IMG/VR virus record: IMGVR_UViG_3300028840_005860
Location: 62,001 to 126,000 of that record
Reading direction: 5' to 3' (one strand)
Length of the DNA: 64,000 bases
Shown here: positions 20,201 to 30,189 of the stretch, piece by piece
Position numbering within the stretch: position 1 is the first letter of the stretch
How the letters are laid out: each line of letters begins with the position of its first letter
Translations under genes and position numbers: made by a program
The notes under the pieces: generated by a model
Told to the model about the DNA's origin: nothing
Database searches by the model: none
Seen by the model: only the letters and a program-made list of their open reading frames with translations

Positions 20201-20437
20201 GTGATCAAGGCCATCTCCGAGACCCCGGACGGCTCCTTCATCCTCCTCGGCCTGTCCGAGGAGAACCTGCGCCGTCTTCGTGAGGGCAAGCCGCTCCTAG
20301 TTCAGATGTCGGAGCTCGGGCACGAGGGACGCGTCGTCATCGTCTACGGGGAGACGGAAGAGGCGATAGTCAGGATGCTCCGGGAGGAAGGACTCCTGGA
20401 TTCCTCCACGAAGGTTCGCGGCGGTGCCGACGCGTGA
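20201..20437 (+). CDS. hypothetical protein
   Basis: ORF track. Confidence 0.6.
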   Translation: MIKAISETPDGSFILLGLSEENLRRLREGKPLLVQMSELGHEGRVVIVYGETEEAIVRMLREEGLLDSSTKVRGGADA

Positions 20438-21209
20438 CGACTGGAAGGTCGTCCCCCTGAGTCCGGGACAGCTCCTCGACGTGAATCCCGATCACGTGCT
20501 CGAGAACGGCCTGTTCCGCCTGTGCGACACCTACAAGGGTGGCGGAGGCTACGACAGCTTTCCGAGGCTCGCGAGGTCCCGCTTCGGAGAGGGCGACTAC
20601 GGGCTCCAGTTCGTCGTCCAGCTGCGCGGCTGCACCCTCGACTGCCCGTTCTGCTACGTGACGCGCGAGGGCGTCTGGGGCGACGCGGCTTCGCTCTCCT
20701 CGGGCGATCTCGTGGCCGCCTTCAACCAGACCCGGGCTCTCGTGTTCCACCTGATGGGAGGCGCCCCGGCCCTGTACCTTGACCGCTGGCCGGAACTCCT
20801 CGACAAGCTGTGGCACGCGGGCAAGCCGGGTTGGGTATTCACGAGCGACCTGATGCTTACGGAGTTCAAGTACGAGGCCGACCTCGTCCGGCAGATCGCA
20901 CGGCCACGGTGCCTCTACGCCGTCGGCCTCAAGGGGATCACGTCGGGCACGTTCAAGACAAACACGCGCCGAGAGCTGCCGGGCACCCTACTCTGGGAGA
21001 ACCTGGCTCGCCTCGAACGCGCCCTGCTCCCCTACTACGTGACGTTCACGAACGTGCCTCCGAAGGAGCGCGAGATGTTCTGGAGGTGCTTCGAGGGAGA
21101 GTTCGGCGCCACGACGGCCGTACGTCGCCGTAGCGAGGAGCTCGTCATCGACCTCGTGCAGTACGGGGCTCTGCCCCATGTCGACGCGTTCCCGTGGGGC
21201 GGCGCGTAG
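20424..21209 (+). CDS. radical SAM protein
   Basis: QLRGCTLDCPFCYV CxxxCxxC motif; later LMGGAP. Confidence 0.8.
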   Translation: MPTRDDWKVVPLSPGQLLDVNPDHVLENGLFRLCDTYKGGGGYDSFPRLARSRFGEGDYGLQFVVQLRGCTLDCPFCYVTREGVWGDAASLSSGDLVAAFNQTRALVFHLMGGAPALYLDRWPELLDKLWHAGKPGWVFTSDLMLTEFKYEADLVRQIARPRCLYAVGLKGITSGTFKTNTRRELPGTLLWENLARLERALLPYYVTFTNVPPKEREMFWRCFEGEFGATTAVRRRSEELVIDLVQYGALPHVDAFPWGGA

Positions 21210-21376
21210 TCGCTTCGTGAAAATACGACGCCCGTCGTGGCCGATGGGCAGCCTCGACGGGCGAAGGGGGCTGTAGACGCGGGTTTTCCAACGTCTAGCC
21301 GGTTCCACCACCCTCCTGGGAGGAGGGATTCCCAGGGTAGCGACGTGGCTCGCGTCGTCAAGGGGTACAACGAAAG

Positions 21377-21631
21377 ATGTTCCACCTCACCTACACGACT
21401 CCCTACGAGGGCCCGGTCGAGACCCTTCGGTTCAGGCGCGATCCGCGACGAGGGGGCCTCGGCGTCTACGAGGACGCCGAGGGCGTGCGCTGGGACGTTC
21501 ACGCGATCTTCGGCAGGCGCATCTGCGCTCGTCGCGTGGACGAGCATCCTCGCTATTACTCGACCGGGATCGACGGAACCCAGAACGGCCATCACGAGTG
21601 GCTTCCCTACGACGTGGAGATCGTCCCGTGA
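21377..21631 (+). CDS. hypothetical protein
   Basis: ORF track. Confidence 0.6.
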   Translation: MFHLTYTTPYEGPVETLRFRRDPRRGGLGVYEDAEGVRWDVHAIFGRRICARRVDEHPRYYSTGIDGTQNGHHEWLPYDVEIVP

Positions 21632-21839
21632 AGGTTTTGAGCGACTCGAGCAACCCCGTGATCGTTCTGGACCATGAGGAGGTCGTCACGTTGGTGGCAG
21701 CTGGTCATCCGTACCGTCTTCAGGTCGACAAGGACAGGCTCCTGGTAAGTGCCTCGGCCCGTTCGCCTGACGACCGCGTGGCCGTCGTCTCTGCTCTGCA
21801 CGACCAAATTGGGCTCGCCCTTGAACCCAAGGAGTAGAG

Positions 21840-22085
21840 ATGCACGAGCTAGTCAAGACCGTCGAGAGTTGGAAGTGCTATCGCAGAGACCCTCGCGACG
21901 AGAGACCCTCCGGCGGCCAGAGGTGGGCGGTGAGGGGCAGCTCGCGCGTCGAGCACCTCGAGCGAAACTCTCCCGGAGTGCTGATCACCCTGACCGCGAC
22001 GTGGCCCGCGGAGGACGCGGTTGCCGCCATCCCGCTAGAGGTCATAGAGTTCGTGGCACGGGATGAGGAGGAATCCTCGGAGTGA
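21840..22085 (+). CDS. hypothetical protein
   Basis: ORF track. Confidence 0.5.
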   Translation: MHELVKTVESWKCYRRDPRDERPSGGQRWAVRGSSRVEHLERNSPGVLITLTATWPAEDAVAAIPLEVIEFVARDEEESSE

Positions 22086-22714
22086 CGTCACCTACCCTGA
22101 GGCAGCAGGCCGAGGAGCGTGCGGTCTTGTGCACCCGGATCGCGAGGGCCCTTTTGCCAGGCGCGGGGGCAGGCGCCCTCGAGACTAGGGCCCTCGAGCT
22201 GATGGACCTCGACGACGAGCGGCTGCGGAGACTCCTCGAGAACTTCGACCTCGTCGCGAACGGCAGCGAGCAGCCAGACACGAGGAGCGAGCCGGGACGA
22301 CTACCGCTGGCCGAGGCGACGAGGCTCGCCGAGCTGATGGTGCTCGCGGGCCGCGACGGTGCACGACTCAGGATCGTCGAGGAGTTCGACCCGCTGCAGC
22401 GCAGGGAGGTCGAGAGCCTCTCCAAGAACCCGTGCAAGACCTGCGGGACGTACCGGCTCCAGGAGAAGTGGGTGGGCTCGGCCTACTGCTCGCTCGAGTG
22501 CTGTCTGAACGAGCTGGACCAGCCCGAGTACGCGGAGAGCATGCTGCGGCACTACGAGGCCCACAACGGCGTGCGGGTGTGTCGCAACTGCGGGAACGAG
22601 CAGGATGTGGGCGAGACGATGACCGGATTCCTGCGGGGTCCCCTCGAGCACACGGACGGCACGACGCGCTGGCCTCAGCACGAGTGTCCGAAGTGCGGAG
22701 AGACGACTCCGTGA
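22082..22714 (+). CDS. Cys-rich hypothetical protein
   Basis: CKTC, CSLEC, CRNC and CPKC motifs. Confidence 0.6.
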   Translation: MTSPTLRQQAEERAVLCTRIARALLPGAGAGALETRALELMDLDDERLRRLLENFDLVANGSEQPDTRSEPGRLPLAEATRLAELMVLAGRDGARLRIVEEFDPLQRREVESLSKNPCKTCGTYRLQEKWVGSAYCSLECCLNELDQPEYAESMLRHYEAHNGVRVCRNCGNEQDVGETMTGFLRGPLEHTDGTTRWPQHECPKCGETTP

Positions 22715-22942
22715 GGTACTGTCACACCAGGCGGGACGCGGCGTTCAAGCTGAGCTGCGAGGTTCAGGTCCTCATGCGTCTGTCCGCCAAGCCGCCGGAC
22801 CCAGAGGCCGAGAAGAAGGTCGTCCAGGAGATCTACGGCGCCCTTGAGGACTACGAGAGCGCGAGCTATCGCGAGGCCCGGAGGTACCGGCGTCCTAAGC
22901 CGATCTGAGGCGCTTTTCCGCCTATCCACGTCCGCCTAGCAG

Positions 22943-24349
22943 ATGGATCCCCGCGCGTTCAGGGTCGCCGAGGCGTTCGTTCGAGAGCACCTGCGTCGAG
23001 CTCGGTACGCGCCCGAGTTCATGGAGTGGACGCAGGGCCGCACCTTCAGGAACCCCGACACGGGGAACGAGGTCCTCTTCGTCTCGCTGCCAGATCCCGA
23101 GCAGGCGAAGATCTACAGGCAGTGGGCGGCGCACAGGATCGGGCCTCCCGACGAGGAGCGTGCCCGGACGCGCAGCCCCGAGGAGGTGGACCGGCGCAAC
23201 GCCGAGATCGGGTTGGACGGCGAGGTCGTCGAGTCCGAGATCCTCTCGCCCGGCGGCGAGCCCGGCGCCTACAACCAGAGCGAGATCGTGAAGCTCCGCC
23301 ACGGCGGGGAGGAGCAGGTCTTCATTCGCAAGCCCGCCGAGGGCGAGGAGAAGAACATCCGGGTCGGCATTCCCGCGGGGGCCTACCACGCGCGCGAGGC
23401 CGGGACCTACGGCCTCGACCGTCTCGTCGGAGGCCGTCCCATCGTCCCCGTGACGGTCACTCGTGGGAACGACGACGGCAGCTATCAGGTCTGGGTCCAA
23501 GGGGCCCGACCCATGTACGACGATGCCCTAGACGACCTCGTCGGGAAGGTCAAGCCCGAGGAGCTGCACCGGAGTCCGGATTTCCACCGTCTCAACGCCC
23601 TCGACCTCGTGATGGGACACGAGGACCGCCACGCCGGGAACCTGCTCTACTGGTTCGAGGGCGACGAGGAGACGCCCGAGAATCTCCGGTTTGTCGCCAT
23701 CGACAACGGCCTCACCGCCGCGGTGCCGAGCGAGACAGCCTCCCACCGCGTCTACTTCCATCCCTTCAAGTGGATGTGGATCGACGACGAGACCAAGACC
23801 GACAAGGAGCGTCAGGAGGCGGCCGACGACGCCATGCGTCGGGGGAACAGGGCCGTCGCAGACAGCCTCTCCCGCATCGGGCCCGAGCTGCACGAGCAGC
23901 TGAAGCAGGTGGACCTGGCGGACGCGGCGAAGACCCTGACCAGCTCGGGCGTCGCCGAGGAGGGGGCGATCAGGGCCCTGCTCGTGCGCCTCGCCGCCGT
24001 GCAGGAGAACCCGCGGATCTTCGAGGACTTCCTCGAGCGCAGCGGCGGCGACCTCGAAAAGGCGTGGCAGGAGTTCCAACACGCGTCCGGGCAGCGGGAC
24101 GACCTGCTCAGGCGCGCGGGCGCCATGACGCGACGGAAGGAGATCGACGAGGCGGTCGAGGCCGCGCGCCCGGAGGGCGGCTGGACCGAGCCTCAGGGGA
24201 TCGAGAACATGTTCCGAGATCTCGAGAAGGAGCTCGACGGGTTCGATTCCTGGGGGATCTTCGAGGTCGAAGGCGCCGAGGCCGAGACGAGGCGCGGGTC
24301 GACCGAGACCTTCACCACGATATGGTGGCTCACGAGGCCTGGACGCTGA
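22943..24349 (+). CDS. PI3/PI4-kinase- or HipA-like atypical kinase
   Basis: FIRKP (lysine), ARE, catalytic DLVMGHEDRHAGNLL and AIDNG motifs. Confidence 0.8.
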   Translation: MDPRAFRVAEAFVREHLRRARYAPEFMEWTQGRTFRNPDTGNEVLFVSLPDPEQAKIYRQWAAHRIGPPDEERARTRSPEEVDRRNAEIGLDGEVVESEILSPGGEPGAYNQSEIVKLRHGGEEQVFIRKPAEGEEKNIRVGIPAGAYHAREAGTYGLDRLVGGRPIVPVTVTRGNDDGSYQVWVQGARPMYDDALDDLVGKVKPEELHRSPDFHRLNALDLVMGHEDRHAGNLLYWFEGDEETPENLRFVAIDNGLTAAVPSETASHRVYFHPFKWMWIDDETKTDKERQEAADDAMRRGNRAVADSLSRIGPELHEQLKQVDLADAAKTLTSSGVAEEGAIRALLVRLAAVQENPRIFEDFLERSGGDLEKAWQEFQHASGQRDDLLRRAGAMTRRKEIDEAVEAARPEGGWTEPQGIENMFRDLEKELDGFDSWGIFEVEGAEAETRRGSTETFTTIWWLTRPGR

Positions 24350-24590
24350 GGAGCGAGCTCGAGCGGTAGGCCTTCTCGAGCGCGTTCATGAATCGGGGGC
24401 CGTCCTTCGGACGGAACACGCGGCCGCCCAGACGGACGCCACGTCGCACGTCCTGGCGGAACCGGAAGTCCCTGTACTGCTCCGAGACGTGGCCGCTCCG
24501 GTCTATCGTGAACCTGGCCAGTTCGACGTCCCTCCTGGTTCTGGGGTCGTGTCGCATAACGGTCAGGGTGCTCTTCTTCACGGTCCTCAA
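24330..24590 (-). CDS. hypothetical protein
   Basis: ORF track. Confidence 0.5.
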   Translation of the reverse strand: MRTVKKSTLTVMRHDPRTRRDVELARFTIDRSGHVSEQYRDFRFRQDVRRGVRLGGRVFRPKDGPRFMNALEKAYRSSSLLSVQAS

Positions 24591-24621
24591 CGACGGGCGG
24601 CCGAGAGGACGATCACCGACC

Positions 24622-25092
24622 CTAGTCGGCCTTCAGTGCCATCGACTTGATCGTGACGCGGACGCCGTCCGGCTTGATCGTCACCGCGCCTTTCACCGGG
24701 ACGCGCGGCAACTTCTCGATGACCTCCTCCTTCAGCCGCTTCTCGAGGCCGGCCACGCCGGTCTCGTCGAGCAGCTTCTTCTGAGCGTCCTTGCCCAGGT
24801 CGAGCGCCTCCGTCATGACCTCGCGGAAGACGGCGAGCGCCCTGTCGCGGTCGTCGGGCTGGAAGCGCTTGAGCAGCAGCGCGCAGGTCGCCAGGAGGGG
24901 GACGCTGCACGTCGCGGCCTTGTCGGTGTCCGGGGCCACCCGCATCTCGTCGACCTCGACGGTCAGATCCATCCTGAGGTTCTCGTAGACGCCGGGCTTG
25001 GTCTCGTCGCGGGCCACCTTCGCGTCGACGCCCTTCTTGACGGCGTGGGTCAGGGCGAGCGCGAACTGAGGGTCGATGTTGGCTGTGCTCAT
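24622..25092 (-). CDS. hypothetical protein (paralog of 25265..25717)
   Basis: ORF track; shared pattern with the neighbouring gene. Confidence 0.7.
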   Translation of the reverse strand: MSTANIDPQFALALTHAVKKGVDAKVARDETKPGVYENLRMDLTVEVDEMRVAPDTDKAATCSVPLLATCALLLKRFQPDDRDRALAVFREVMTEALDLGKDAQKKLLDETGVAGLEKRLKEEVIEKLPRVPVKGAVTIKPDGVRVTIKSMALKAD

Positions 25093-25264
25093 GGGTGCCT
25101 CTTCGTTCCTTGGTCCCTCCGCGGGACTCGGGGTTGGGGTCTGTCCCTTATACGCCAGATACGTCTCCCAGACTCGTCGCCCGGCCAGGTCCCCGCGGGC
25201 GCGATCCCACGCGAGCGAAGGCCGAGAGGCGACTCGTCGCCTCTCGGCCGAGGAAGGGAGGAGG

Positions 25265-25717
25265 CTACGCGGCCTCGCTGGTGGGGTCGGGCATCCCGAT
25301 GGTGCCCGCGATCTTCACGGCGCCCTTGCGATCCTGGCGCGTCGGCTCCTTCAGGGCGGCCATCTCGGCGTCCGCCTTCTTCTGGGCCTTCTTGGCCAGC
25401 TTGTCGTCGACCTTCTCGGCCATCTCGACGAGGGCCTTGAGGTCGAGTCCGGCCTCGCCCGCGGCGTCGCGGTAGGTGTTGACGAGCGTCATGAGGACGT
25501 GGATGATGGCCCACGGTCGGGCCTTCTGGGGCGTGCTCACGTCCTTCTGGTCCTCGAGGACCTTCACCTCGGCCTCGATGGCCAGGGTCAGGACGGCCTC
25601 CACCTCGTGGACGCCGACCTCGAGGTTCTCCCGGTTCCCCTTCGCGGCGTCGGCTGCCAGCTTGGCGAGGGCGGCGAGGGTGGCGGGAGGGAGGGAATTG
25701 AGGTTCGTGGTCTTCAT
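25265..25717 (-). CDS. hypothetical protein (paralog of 24622..25092)
   Basis: MKTTNLNSLPP..., SD AAGGAG. Confidence 0.7.
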   Translation of the reverse strand: MKTTNLNSLPPATLAALAKLAADAAKGNRENLEVGVHEVEAVLTLAIEAEVKVLEDQKDVSTPQKARPWAIIHVLMTLVNTYRDAAGEAGLDLKALVEMAEKVDDKLAKKAQKKADAEMAALKEPTRQDRKGAVKIAGTIGMPDPTSEAA

Positions 25718-25893
25718 GGCTTGCTCCTTGGCTCTCTGAGCTCCGGCTATCTGTGCCTTCATGGGGTGGACGCCCCTTCGGAAAAAGTTACATCGGCCGC
25801 GTGGTCTGGTTCAGATCAAGACCCCGCGCGATTCGCGCGCATTCCGGCTCCAGAAATGTAAGGATTTCGCCTCCTCCGTCCACCAGACGAACC

Positions 25894-26099
25894 ATGTCAT
25901 CCCGCAAGCACCAGACGCTCAGGATCGCGCCCTCGGCCGCCGAGCTGCTCGCGTGGCAGCGGCACGCCGACTGGCAGCTCGCGCAGGAGCAGGGCCGCAA
26001 CCGAAACGGGCGCGCCTACCTCCGCGGAGGGCCGCAGGGGTCGACCAAGACCAGGCGGGCTCGTCTCAGGAAGGCGTGCCGCGGGAAGGTGCGAGGCTG

Positions 26100-26103
<4 letters not shown>
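25894..26103 (+). CDS. small basic protein
   Basis: MSSRKHQTLR...; GTGA overlap with the next gene. Confidence 0.5.
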
Positions 26104-26498
<395 letters not shown>

Positions 26499-26572
26499 GG
26501 GCGCGCCGCTTCGTCAAAATCATCGTCCGTCCGCGTCGGTAGGGTGGTCGCGAGCGCCGGAGACAACCTCCG

Positions 26573-27775
26573 GTGCACGAACACTCGCCTCGGGATCCGT
26601 CCCGGGCTCACAGGAGACAGACAGTGCACACGACACACGACGACCCTCGTCCGTCGACCCACCTCAGGACCGTACAAGACTTCCTCGAGCAGCTCGGCCA
26701 GCTGAAGACGGAAGGACTCGGAGCACGGGAACGACTCGACTTCATCCGCAAGCAGGGGAGTTCCCTCCTTGAAGGGGACGAGCTCCAGCTGGAGGACGCC
26801 TTCGACGTGGAGAACCGCGTCCGCTCCCAGCACCTCGACAAGCTCCGCGGCATCGACCACGCGCTCGAGAGCCTCGCCGCACTCTGGGCCCAGGGCCCCT
26901 TCTCCGAGGAGGTCAGGGAGGCCGGGCAGGCGCTCCTCGGTCACGCCGAGGGGTTCGTCGTCGAGGCCAAGCGGAGGGAGGAGGCGTCCGCGACCGAGAT
27001 GCTCGGACTCCTCTGGGAGCGGGCGCCCGCCGACCTTCGATGGCTGTATCCCTGGCTCAACGCATGGGACGGCCCCGTCAAGGCGCCGAGTCAGGAGGCC
27101 GTGCAGATGTACGGGGTCCCGGCTACCCACTACGAGGGGTTCGAGGCGCCGCCGGAGCCCCAGGTACCCGTCTCCTACGAAGAGGAGCGAGAACACGAGA
27201 GGCGCCTGCCGACGGAGCACCTCGAGGGGATCGAGCAGCTCGAAAAGCAGGCAGTCGAGAAGGCGGAGACGCCCGAACCTGTGAAGATCGAGGTGCCCGA
27301 GCCCGAGACGCGCGGTTTCCCCGTCACGAGGATCGACGAGGCCGTCTCGGTGGTCGAGGAGGGGCGCGTGGTGGCCAAGGTGGGGGAGAAGGCGACGACC
27401 GACGAGGCACCCGATCCCGACAAGCTGCGGGAGCGCGTCTGGACCCAGGCGCTGCGAGACGTGACGCTCGAGAGATGGCAGCTGCGCGTCCAGGCGCACG
27501 GACACATCGGCGGTGTCGGGATGGGCACGGCCCTGATCTGGCAGAACGAGGAGAAGTCCGCGCACGAGGCCAGGCTCGAGATGATCGACCTGCTCAAGTC
27601 CGCGAGCGGGATCGAGGCGGAGCCGAGCGAGGATGCGAAGTTCGAGGTGAGGCTGTACGTCGACAGCCCGAAGCTCGGGCGCCGGAGCCTGTCCAAGACC
27701 ATGACGCGCAAGGAACTCGACGAGCTGCACCTGGACCCGGCTCCCTTCGTCGAGGAGGCATTCAAGGACAAGTAG
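26573..27775 (+). CDS. hypothetical protein
   Basis: 400-aa acidic ORF; start uncertain. Confidence 0.7.
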   Translation: MHEHSPRDPSRAHRRQTVHTTHDDPRPSTHLRTVQDFLEQLGQLKTEGLGARERLDFIRKQGSSLLEGDELQLEDAFDVENRVRSQHLDKLRGIDHALESLAALWAQGPFSEEVREAGQALLGHAEGFVVEAKRREEASATEMLGLLWERAPADLRWLYPWLNAWDGPVKAPSQEAVQMYGVPATHYEGFEAPPEPQVPVSYEEEREHERRLPTEHLEGIEQLEKQAVEKAETPEPVKIEVPEPETRGFPVTRIDEAVSVVEEGRVVAKVGEKATTDEAPDPDKLRERVWTQALRDVTLERWQLRVQAHGHIGGVGMGTALIWQNEEKSAHEARLEMIDLLKSASGIEAEPSEDAKFEVRLYVDSPKLGRRSLSKTMTRKELDELHLDPAPFVEEAFKDK

Positions 27776-27819
27776 CCGCCCTTGAGCTGTCTCGGCGCGA
27801 GACACGCACCCGCAAGGGC

Positions 27820-28008
27820 ATGAGACGCCAGTTTTGGTGCCGAGATTGCGGAAGCCCGCTCCGAGGGGGCGTGGTGGTCTGCTGTGCTGGCTGCCACGGC
27901 CATGCTGCCGCGACGATCGAGGACGTCTGGATCAGAGACCTTGATCGGGAGTATGATGACGATGGCCCCGAAGGGGCCGCAACACCCGAGGCCGAGGCCA
28001 GACGGTGA
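27820..28008 (+). CDS. small zinc-finger protein
   Basis: CRDCG...CCAGC. Confidence 0.45.
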   Translation: MRRQFWCRDCGSPLRGGVVVCCAGCHGHAAATIEDVWIRDLDREYDDDGPEGAATPEAEARR

Positions 28009-29330
28009 CGAAATCGAAGGACACAAAGCGGCAGCGTGCCGAGCTGCTGGGCATGTCGTACGGCACCGCGGAGAGGAAGCTCCGAAAGACGGTGATCCAC
28101 GAGCTTGCCCGTCAGACCGGGAAGAACGTCTGCATCGACTGTGGTCGCGAGATAGAGTCTCCCGACGACCTCGCCCTCGTTCACGTGGAGGACTGGCAGG
28201 AAGACCCTGACCAGTTCTTCGAGCTCACCAACGTCGCCTTCAGCCACGCCTCGTGCAAAGCATCGAGGGTCGGCAGGAGGCAGGAGGAAGAGAACGAGAT
28301 GAGGAGAGTAGAAGTAACCGTAGAAGACGCCGAGGGGCGAGCCCTCCCCGGCGTCAGCCACCAGGGCACCGTCTACGTGGCGGGAGAGAGGGACAAGCGG
28401 TATCAGATCAGGGTCCGCAACACCACCAACCGGCGGCTGCTCGTGGTCACCACCGTGGACGGCCGCAACGTGAACACGGGCAAGCCGGGGGACGTGAGCG
28501 ACAGCGGCCACGTCCTCGACCCCTGGCAAGAGTGGACCTTCGAGGGTTGGCGCCAGAGCGACGACCGGGTCGCCGCCTTCCGGTTCGGGGCGAAGAAGGA
28601 GGCCTACTCGAGCCAGATGGGCAGCCCGGAGAACGTCGGCGTCATCGGCGTCGCCGTGTTCGAGGAGCAGGAGCCCGAGCGGCGCATCGTCACGATCAGG
28701 GAGCGCGAGTACGTCCCGTACCCGGTGCCGAGGCCCTATCCGTGGCCGCGGCCGTGGGTGGATCCGTGGAGGCCGTGGGTTCAGCCCTACTGGTCGATCA
28801 GCACGGACAGCGTGACCCACGGCGGCGGCGGCGGCACGTTCACGTCGTCCGGGATGGTCACGTCGTCCGGGATGGTCGGGTCGGCCGGAGGAGCGGGGTC
28901 CTCGGCTGGCGGTTCCGGCGCCTCGAGCGTGCTCTCCGTGAGTTGCTCGAGTCCGGAAGCGTCCCCGAGCGGGGTCGGTGGGACGGGCATGGAGCTCAGC
29001 AACGACCTCGACCTCGACGACCACGTCTCCCTTGAGTACGGCTCAGGTAAGGGCAAGCACAAGGGGCTCCAGACGCAGCAACTCGGGACCGAGTACGGGG
29101 AGTCGGTCGTGTCTCAGGTGAGGAACACGAGCTTCAAGCGGGCCAGCGACGATCCGGTCGAGGTCCACGAGATCCGGTACGACAGCATGAAGGCGCTGCG
29201 GGCCAGGGGGATCATGGGACGAAGGCCCTCTCAGAAGCGCCGCCGGAAGCCACAGGCGTTTCCCAAGAGCCCGGCGGTGCAGGGAGGCTACTGTCCCCCG
29301 CCGCCCCACAGGAGGGCGTACAAGACCTGA
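28005..29330 (+). CDS. HNH-like N-terminal segment fused to a conserved beta-rich domain of unknown function
   Basis: CIDC...H..W...N.AFSH..C at the N-terminus; GWRQS..RVAAFRF...NVGVIGVAVFEE domain; possible internal start at 28299. Confidence 0.7.
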   Translation: MTKSKDTKRQRAELLGMSYGTAERKLRKTVIHELARQTGKNVCIDCGREIESPDDLALVHVEDWQEDPDQFFELTNVAFSHASCKASRVGRRQEEENEMRRVEVTVEDAEGRALPGVSHQGTVYVAGERDKRYQIRVRNTTNRRLLVVTTVDGRNVNTGKPGDVSDSGHVLDPWQEWTFEGWRQSDDRVAAFRFGAKKEAYSSQMGSPENVGVIGVAVFEEQEPERRIVTIREREYVPYPVPRPYPWPRPWVDPWRPWVQPYWSISTDSVTHGGGGGTFTSSGMVTSSGMVGSAGGAGSSAGGSGASSVLSVSCSSPEASPSGVGGTGMELSNDLDLDDHVSLEYGSGKGKHKGLQTQQLGTEYGESVVSQVRNTSFKRASDDPVEVHEIRYDSMKALRARGIMGRRPSQKRRRKPQAFPKSPAVQGGYCPPPPHRRAYKT

Positions 29331-29419
29331 GGGAGGGTCCGAGAACGGTCGGCCCCGACGAGCGTCTCCGGGGAACTTGGTGCCCCGGAGACGCTCCTTT
29401 TTCGGGCGTATAAGAGAAG

Positions 29420-29908
29420 ATGTCGGAGAACTGGTGGCATCGTCTCTACCTGGGGCCCGAATCGGCCTGGCTTGAGCGCCACTGCTGGCTTTCGACGGGC
29501 ACGTACTGGTACGAGCTGAAGCCGCGGCGGCCGGGGAAGTTCGTCTGGCACAACAGGCTCGTGGAGGAGATCAACTATCCATCTTGGCCCCGACAGCATG
29601 CCATTGCTCGTCGGCTCGCGGACACCACGCTCGCGAGGCAATGCGACGTCGATCCCGAGACCGGCCTCTCCAAGTGCGCCACCGGACTCCTCCTGCTGGC
29701 GTCGCACATCGAGGGCCGGGACGTCCGGTGCAGAGTGATGCAGGGCTGCGGCGCCTACCTGGCGTTCCACGCGGACGACGTCACGGGCCCCAGAGCGGAA
29801 GACACGGTGGGGCGTGTGCTCGAGATACTTCGTCTATTGGATGCGCGTCTAGGACGTTCTTCCGGCACCATCGCTGCCCTTGAGCCTGAATCGAGAATCT
29901 ACAGATGA
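29420..29908 (+). CDS. hypothetical protein
   Basis: ORF track. Confidence 0.6.
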   Translation: MSENWWHRLYLGPESAWLERHCWLSTGTYWYELKPRRPGKFVWHNRLVEEINYPSWPRQHAIARRLADTTLARQCDVDPETGLSKCATGLLLLASHIEGRDVRCRVMQGCGAYLAFHADDVTGPRAEDTVGRVLEILRLLDARLGRSSGTIAALEPESRIYR

Positions 29909-30189
29909 GCGAAGAGAAGCGCGCGGAGTCCCAGAAGAAGCGGCGAGGCAGCTGGGCCGAGGTCAAGACGTGGCAGGATCCGGACAGCAAGGTCTCGCTG
30001 ATCCTGTCCGAGCGAATCCGGGGGAAGCACGCGTACTCCCTCCAGATCGTGCACGAGGACGCGATGGGCATGAACAGGTACGTTCCCGTGCGTCCCGACG
30101 GGGCGCGACACGAGATCGAGCACATCGTGTTCTCCCTCGTCAGGGAGGCGCGCCAGTTCGTCGCGGAGCGCGAGAAGCAGCGTTCCTAG
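29905..30189 (+). CDS. hypothetical protein
   Basis: ORF track; ATGA overlap. Confidence 0.6.
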   Translation: MSEEKRAESQKKRRGSWAEVKTWQDPDSKVSLILSERIRGKHAYSLQIVHEDAMGMNRYVPVRPDGARHEIEHIVFSLVREARQFVAEREKQRS

